Shown here one piece after another: positions 58,314-64,000 of a stretch of 64,000 nt of DNA. The position numbers and the translations under genes were made by a program. The stretch is from Candidatus Cloacimonadales bacterium (lineage in GTDB: Bacteria; Cloacimonadota; Cloacimonadia; Cloacimonadales; DAONDQ01). The stretch spans positions 928,001 to 992,000 of the forward strand of contig OY759316.1 in the NCBI GenBank assembly GCA_963662275.1, written 5' to 3'. The notes beneath the pieces were generated by a model, which was not told where the DNA came from, ran no database searches, and saw only the letters and a list, made by a program, of their open reading frames with translations. The stretch's first letter is position 1, and every line of letters begins with the position of its first letter.

Positions 58314-60805
58314 AAGCGATGTTCTGTCCGTGAGATAATCTCATTCTGCATAGAAGCACCCAATTCCACAAAGAAGGCACTAAAACCAGCCACTCTCACA
58401 ATGAGATCACGATATTCTTCAGGCTTTTCCTGGGCTCTTCGCAACATTTGGCTATCCACAATGTTAAATTGTATTTGAAAACCTAAAGTATCGAAGTAGG
58501 TCTTGATTAATTGGATTAGCTTTCGAGAACCTGATTTTCCATGAATACTGGAAGGCAAGAACTTCATATTGTGTAAGCCTCCACGTATTTTTGTGTGATC
58601 AATTTTACCCGCAGAAAGCAGCACTGCCAGTGGACCATTGGTATCAGTTCCCGGATAGGGTGAAGTTACCCCATCAGCAAGAGTCTGACCTGCATGTCTG
58701 CCATCGGGTGTTGCACCGCAGGCTTTTCCAAAAGGAGCATGCGTGCTGATAGCCAGCATGGATGGATCATAAGGTTCACCCAAGAAGTTCTTTTGACTGG
58801 ATACGAACTCACAGTAATGATTGAATAATTCTTCATAGATACCATCAGCACTAGGATCATTATTTCCCCATTTGGGTGAGTGTGTTGCCATTTGCAACAG
58901 CTCACCGTAACCTTCCCAATTATTCTTTAGTGCTTCTCTCAATTTATCCATGCTGATCAGTTTTTTCTCATCTACTAAATCCTGGACGGCTGCCAGACTA
59001 TTCACGACATTCACCATTCCTGTACTAAGAGTCGTAGGACTGCCATTAATAATGGCACCACCATCGTCTAATGATTTACCTCGGGCAATACAATCACGGA
59101 TGAGCATGGAGGAATAGATCAGATTGCAGATATTACGATGGGCTGCCATGACGTAATTCCAATATCTCTGCCAGTTACGAATGCTGATTTTCAAGATATT
59201 CAGATAATTGTCTTTTAATTGTGAAGCAGTTTGGGGGATTTCACAAGCTAACATCGATATACCTGAGACCGGATCTGTGCCACCGTTCAGAGCAAGTTCA
59301 AATATTTTTGCATGATTAATAAAACCTGCTTGTACGACCCCATAGCTCATTCCTTCTAAGGTAGGTTCTGTACATCCACCCATGGCTGCATATTTGCGTA
59401 TTGTTGCCAAAGGAAGGTGACTCTTTTCCAGTTCATGCTGCATATAAATCTTAGTATTAAAAAATGCTGGAAAGCCCACGCCAGTCTTAACACATTCTAT
59501 AGCTTTCATGAGGAATGGGTCACTAAGACGATCATCATACCAGATCGAAAGGGTTGGTTGTGTGGTTTGGCAGTTAATTGCAGACTGCAGAATAAGTATC
59601 GACAGTTCGTTGTCAGCCGGATGTCCATTTTCATCCAAACCGCCAAGCATCATGTTCTGATACAGGTTTCCCGAGCCTAATCCTTCCCAGGAAAAGGAAG
59701 CCATATATTCGATCTCGGTCATCTTGATACGTAGAGCCTCCAGCAGTTCCAAGACTTCCTCGGATGTGATCTTGCCTGATTCCATGTCCTTTTTGAAATA
59801 GGGATACATATATCGATCAAAACGTCCGGGTGAATACCCTAACTGCGCGCCTTCTATATGACCAGCGAGATATATGAACCAAAATGCTTGCATGGCTTCT
59901 CGGAAAGAGCGAGGTGGATTTGCTGGTACATGCTCACAGCAATCTGCAATTTGCAGTAATTCGTTTTTGCGGTCTTTATCGGCTTCAGTAGAAGCCATTT
60001 CACGTGCAATTTTAGCATAGTTTTGTGCCCAGGTGATAGTGCCTTGCAGCACCTTGATGCCCGCACGCCAAAAGAAAAGTTTTTCAGCAGATTCATGATC
60101 GGTGATTTCACAATCATCGATCATTGCCTGAGCTTTAGCGATGATGCCATTCAATCCTATTTTCAATGCAGTCTCAAAGTCCAGGACATATCGACCTTCC
60201 GGTGCAGGATCATGAGGGGCAGTGAAAAGACCGATTTTCCAACCCTTTTCGATATAGGAAGCTTCACCAAAAGAATCCTTCCAAACCCTGTCACTCTCAT
60301 CTTGCATACATTTTCCAGACCAGTACTGTGCCATTTCTTTCAAGTGTTTTTTGTCTTCAGGAGTGATGAGAAACTTCTTTCCAAATACTTCATATTTACC
60401 TTCACGAGCAAGTTTGGCACTTAAGTCAATACCTCCTCCTGTACCAATATCAGTGAATTTGTCCTGTGCCTCATGTTCCTCTTTGTTCATTTCTCTCAGC
60501 ACATATTGGCAGGCATAATTTACATAGGGAATGGCACCTCGTACATATCTTGTCTTGCTGCCGACCAATAATTCATTATCCCGAATACTGGGACTGATAT
60601 GAGCTAAGGCATAAGCATGGCAATACGCTCTTCTTTCCAGGGCGTTATATCCATCACTGGTCTGATGAGTACAAGTATAAAGATCCATATACTCAAGATC
60701 AATATGCATAGCGGAGGTCAAATACACTTGGCGTAATAATGATATTCGCTGTTTTGAAGGCTCAGCTTTTATTTCCCTTAGGTCGAAGCTATCTTGTGAA
60801 CTCAT
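58310..60805 (-). CDS. Glycyl radical enzyme resembling the arylacetate decarboxylase (HPAD/IAD/PhdB) clade, substrate unknown
   Basis: Gly loop LIVRVAGFS, Cys loop MGGCTEP, QPTLSIWYDDRLSDPFLMKAIECVKTGVGFPAF, STHAPFG..ATPDGR; AGGAGG RBS before ATG 60805; 4-nt overlap with the activase gene. Confidence 0.9.
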   Translation of the reverse strand: MSSQDSFDLREIKAEPSKQRISLLRQVYLTSAMHIDLEYMDLYTCTHQTSDGYNALERRAYCHAYALAHISPSIRDNELLVGSKTRYVRGAIPYVNYACQYVLREMNKEEHEAQDKFTDIGTGGGIDLSAKLAREGKYEVFGKKFLITPEDKKHLKEMAQYWSGKCMQDESDRVWKDSFGEASYIEKGWKIGLFTAPHDPAPEGRYVLDFETALKIGLNGIIAKAQAMIDDCEITDHESAEKLFFWRAGIKVLQGTITWAQNYAKIAREMASTEADKDRKNELLQIADCCEHVPANPPRSFREAMQAFWFIYLAGHIEGAQLGYSPGRFDRYMYPYFKKDMESGKITSEEVLELLEALRIKMTEIEYMASFSWEGLGSGNLYQNMMLGGLDENGHPADNELSILILQSAINCQTTQPTLSIWYDDRLSDPFLMKAIECVKTGVGFPAFFNTKIYMQHELEKSHLPLATIRKYAAMGGCTEPTLEGMSYGVVQAGFINHAKIFELALNGGTDPVSGISMLACEIPQTASQLKDNYLNILKISIRNWQRYWNYVMAAHRNICNLIYSSMLIRDCIARGKSLDDGGAIINGSPTTLSTGMVNVVNSLAAVQDLVDEKKLISMDKLREALKNNWEGYGELLQMATHSPKWGNNDPSADGIYEELFNHYCEFVSSQKNFLGEPYDPSMLAISTHAPFGKACGATPDGRHAGQTLADGVTSPYPGTDTNGPLAVLLSAGKIDHTKIRGGLHNMKFLPSSIHGKSGSRKLIQLIKTYFDTLGFQIQFNIVDSQMLRRAQEKPEEYRDLIVRVAGFSAFFVELGASMQNEIISRTEHRL

Positions 60806-60996
60806 GGTTCCTCCTGATTCATTTATTAACAAATATTTATACCATCCCCTATGAGGTATGGATCTAATCAAATCTTATGATATTTATTTTCTTTGTGGTA
60901 TAAAACTGATGTCAAGAAATATGAACAAGAAACTTCTTTTTATATTTTGCTTTGAAATCGCGATTTAGAATCAACATCAATTCCAATCTGAAATAT

Positions 60997-62169
60997 TCAC
61001 TCTGAAAAATCATCAGGCCAGAGCATTTCTGGACTACTTGCCCCATTTGCATATCCAAAACAATAGACATTGTAGAGCTTTGTTGCTATCCGATATATTC
61101 TCGGTTTCATTTTGAACAAGAGCATATAATATAGAGCATCTTTGATGGCATTATATCCAGCCTTTAGAGGTGTCATTCCTTCACTCCTTGCTTGAAAGGT
61201 TTCACCTGTGAAAACTTGCTCCCCTACTTGAGCCATATAATGGAACGTCATCTCATAAGCAGCCTGTTCTAATGCCTCTTGCGACCATGATGTTGTGATG
61301 CACCACTGATCAGAGTGTAATTGATTATATCGGGCTTTGATTGGTGAAGTTATAGGGGCGGGCAAGAGAAGTCGTCTTATTTGTCCATCTGGAACGCTTT
61401 TCCATTTGCGCGATACCCGCCATGTCGAAGGTTCTATGGCAATTTTAATTGGGTCAGGAACTTGAATCTGGCTATCTTTGTAAAAAACTCCTCCAAGTTC
61501 AATTCCTCTTTGAAGACGTTCAATATGCCGATCAATTTGTTGCATTATCCGATTGTTAGAAATGACCATTGATTTCATTTCGATGACAGCATGAATATTG
61601 ATCACTTCTTGATCCAGTTCTCTTGAGCGTGATATTATCAACCCATCTGCACCTTTTGCCCATCGATTATTAGATAGCCTGAGTGATTGATCGGATGCTG
61701 CGATTCGACAAGGTTCTCGAATTGTGTCTCCAAAATATAGTTCATATATCTGAGGAATACAGTTTTCACAGGCTAGTTTCTCTGCAAGACTGATACAATT
61801 ACCTATAGATAATAGTTCAGCAAGTTCTCCCTTGAAACGATTCACCATATGGAAGAAGATAAATCTAATACAGTCAGCACATTCTTCAGGTGATAATTTA
61901 TCCTTGCCATTACTGACAAAAGTGTCTGATTCCTCAATATCGCAAAGACCATAAGCAATTAACCTCTTAAAAAGCTGACCACGAGGATGTTCATTAATAT
62001 CGCGTATAGCAGCATCAAGAGAATATCTAAAGATATCCCATGCTTTTTTTCCAGAGACAAGGTGTACTTTCGAATTACCCAAAGCAACCAATATTACTTT
62101 TTCGATAGCTTTAGCTAATGGTAGACTGCCAATAATCTCCGCTATTTGATAAGCTGATGAGCGACTCAT
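60997..62169 (-). CDS. Hypothetical protein with possible PD-(D/E)xK nuclease fold
   Basis: 390-aa ORF with GAGG RBS; FKGELAE...KGADGLII...AVIEMKS resembles motifs I-III. Confidence 0.55.
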   Translation of the reverse strand: MSRSSAYQIAEIIGSLPLAKAIEKVILVALGNSKVHLVSGKKAWDIFRYSLDAAIRDINEHPRGQLFKRLIAYGLCDIEESDTFVSNGKDKLSPEECADCIRFIFFHMVNRFKGELAELLSIGNCISLAEKLACENCIPQIYELYFGDTIREPCRIAASDQSLRLSNNRWAKGADGLIISRSRELDQEVINIHAVIEMKSMVISNNRIMQQIDRHIERLQRGIELGGVFYKDSQIQVPDPIKIAIEPSTWRVSRKWKSVPDGQIRRLLLPAPITSPIKARYNQLHSDQWCITTSWSQEALEQAAYEMTFHYMAQVGEQVFTGETFQARSEGMTPLKAGYNAIKDALYYMLLFKMKPRIYRIATKLYNVYCFGYANGASSPEMLWPDDFSE

Positions 62170-62384
62170 TTATCTTTCCTCATAATTATCATGGTTCGTT
62201 CCTTTCTGTGATCATATTATTTTGAATTGAAAACAATGAGGAATATCTGTCAAATGATTCGTTTATTTCATGACCTTAGAGAAAGCATAATAATGAGACG
62301 CCCATGTTGGACTTCTCTACTTGTATCTTGACATAATATCATCATTTTGCCGATTTATAGAAAACAGCTTTTAATTGGAGCACC

Positions 62385-63344
62385 ATGTCAAAAAACATCA
62401 GATCCGTATTTCTCTTGCTTCTCACTTCCATGATTTGGGGATTTGCCTTTGTAGCTCAGAGAAAAGGAATGGAATCGCTTGATCCAATGACTTTTAATGG
62501 TATTCGATTTGCCTTGGGAGCTGTGTTTGTGGGGTTGATAATAAGGATGAGACCCCCCGTGATTTTGAAGTGTGAAGTTCGAAGTTCGAAGTTCGAACCT
62601 GTGAATTCGAACTTCGCACTTCGCACTTCGAACTTCCGAGGGTTTCCCTGGTTGCCAGGTATTGTACTGTTTATTGCTGCTTCACTTCAACAGGTTGGAA
62701 TTATCTGGACTACTGCTGGGAATGCAGGATTTATCACAGGATTATATGTAGTATTCGTACCAATATTAGGGATTTATCTTGGTCAAAGCTTGAATATGCG
62801 CCATTATCTTGCTGTATTTTTGTCTTGCTTAGGCATTTACCTGATGAGTGTTAAGCAAGGATTCCAGTTTAATCCGGGTGACTTGATTGTTTTATTGAGT
62901 GCTGTCTTTTGGGCATTGCATGTGCATATTATCAGTAAATATACACGAAAAATGGACAGTTTGTATTTAGCTTTTTCTCAATATGCTGTCTGTGCAATTA
63001 TTAGTTTAGTCTGCGGATTGGTAATCATCATGTGGAAGCATCCGCAATCTATCATGAATCTTTCCCTTTTTACCAACATCTTTCATGCTTCCATTCCCAT
63101 TATGTATGGAGGCTTGTTCTCAGTAGGAATTGCTTATACTTTGCAGATTGAAGGACAGAAAAGAATCGAACCCGCTACAGCATCCATCATTCTCTGCCTG
63201 GAAAGTGTTTTTGCTATGTTCGGCGGATGGCTGCTACTTCATGAAGTTGTTTCCTTAAGGATGTTGATTGGTGCTTTATTACTATTTAGTGCCATGATGA
63301 TCAGCACAATATCGCTATCAAATAAGAATTTGCACGAGAACTAA
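62385..63344 (+). CDS. DMT/EamA family transporter carrying an in-frame palindromic insert
   Basis: IWGFAFVAQ, RFALGA, AGNAGFITGLYVVFVP, GDLIVL, IAYTLQI.GQK, LESVFA. Confidence 0.92.
   Translation: MSKNIRSVFLLLLTSMIWGFAFVAQRKGMESLDPMTFNGIRFALGAVFVGLIIRMRPPVILKCEVRSSKFEPVNSNFALRTSNFRGFPWLPGIVLFIAASLQQVGIIWTTAGNAGFITGLYVVFVPILGIYLGQSLNMRHYLAVFLSCLGIYLMSVKQGFQFNPGDLIVLLSAVFWALHVHIISKYTRKMDSLYLAFSQYAVCAIISLVCGLVIIMWKHPQSIMNLSLFTNIFHASIPIMYGGLFSVGIAYTLQIEGQKRIEPATASIILCLESVFAMFGGWLLLHEVVSLRMLIGALLLFSAMMISTISLSNKNLHEN
62567..62636. repeat. Heptamer-built palindrome inside the EamA coding sequence
   Basis: (GAAGTNN)x4-GAA / CCTGTGAA / TTC-(GNACTTC)x4; 31-bp arms. Confidence 0.9.
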
Positions 63345-63550
63345 GGGTTTTGGAGTTCAATTTCCCAAGCAAAACTATCAATTACCACCTGGCTAAAAGG
63401 GAAATTGGGCTTTACATGAAAGCTAAGAGTTTGGAGTTCAAATGCCCTAAACAAATTATCATTGAATACCTGACTAAAAGGGCATTCGGACTTCAAAATC
63501 GGCCTTTCATCCTCGGTAGTGAAAACCTGTTTTCTGAGAAGTTCAGAAGC
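63345..63550 (-). repeat. ~200-bp dispersed structured repeat, copy B (inverted relative to 4300-4505)
   Basis: Hairpin units at 63352-63413 and 63433-63494, leader at ~63504-63524. Confidence 0.85.
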
Positions 63551-63669
63551 GATATTAGGTTATAAATCAGCTTTTCAAACTCTCCGAAGAAGGGCATACT
63601 ACCGCAAGCCCCTACATCCACCTCTTTATCCAAAGAGAGGAATTGGGAAATTCTCTCCAAGGAATCAAT

Positions 63670-63700
63670 AAAAAAAATCCCCTGAGAAACTCAAGGGATT
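63670..63700 (-). terminator. Intrinsic terminator for the small lipoprotein gene
   Basis: AATCCCCTGAG-AAA-CTCAAGGGATT preceded by an A-run on the plus strand. Confidence 0.7.
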
Positions 63701-63727
63701 ATATTAGAAGGTTGATATCAATTCAAA

Positions 63728-63997
63728 TTACTTGTGACCATGATAGCCATTGTCTTCATGCTGCCTGTGCTGTTTTCTATGTCTGATTTCAGTTTGCCTG
63801 AAAATAACTTCCTGGTGCGTATTCATATCGATATAATAATCCTGGTCATAATACACATCTTCTACCCACACATGACGATGGCGATGATGATTTCCATACG
63901 TATCTGCTTCTGTGACAGTCATGACACAACTTGCTAGAAAGGCACATATCAATAGAATAAATAAACTCGGTAATCGGGATATTTTAAGTGTTTTCAT
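63728..63997 (-). CDS. Small His-rich putative lipoprotein
   Basis: Basic-hydrophobic signal with LASC lipobox; HHRHRH and RHRKQHRQHEDNGYHGHK; followed by terminator. Confidence 0.7.
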   Translation of the reverse strand: MKTLKISRLPSLFILLICAFLASCVMTVTEADTYGNHHRHRHVWVEDVYYDQDYYIDMNTHQEVIFRQTEIRHRKQHRQHEDNGYHGHK

Positions 63998-64000
63998 ATT

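Noticed and set aside
58310..60805. Annotation as pyruvate formate-lyase or choline TMA-lyase
   Set aside because: It has a single Cys in GGCTEP rather than the PFL Cys-Cys pair, the activase has a ferredoxin insert, and there is no cut or microcompartment context
63350..63565. 71-aa ORF (and similar ORFs at 4433-4624 and 47656-47931)
   Set aside because: They lie on the dispersed structured repeat or antisense to real genes; no coding evidence

Overview
AT-rich bacterial chromosomal window from an anaerobe. The FlgD-Ig/CTD-tailed secreted proteins and general gene style suggest Candidatus Cloacimonadota (inference only). From left to right it holds: the 3' end of an IS1182-like element and a decayed type III restriction locus (Res intact, no Mod in the window); a housekeeping operon (adk, ktrB/ktrA, HAMP-PAS protein, rluD, ribBA, TPM protein, MATE); a YgiQ radical SAM gene and a cold-shock gene; three large secreted surface-protein genes, two of them giant paralogues; ppdK; an accessory block (ankyrin-MBL fusion, two decayed CTD-protein genes, AraC-GyrI regulator, M1 and S41 peptidases, two glycosyltransferases, flippase); rho-U32-SPOR-mutS-PPIase; a glycyl radical enzyme with its activase; an orphan PD-(D/E)xK-like protein; EamA; and a His-rich lipoprotein. 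Four things stand out. (1) The glycyl radical enzyme resembles the HPAD decarboxylase clade but appears to lack the phenol-binding residues and has no small-subunit gene. (2) A dispersed family of ~60-bp covarying hairpin units occurs with a fixed 81-bp period. (3) Several intergenic regions are mosaics of unrelated hairpin and heptamer modules punctuated by GCAGAGCAGA. (4) Palindromic repeats have entered coding sequence in frame. No rRNA, tRNA or CRISPR array was recognised. All homology calls come from motif recognition by eye, not database searches.
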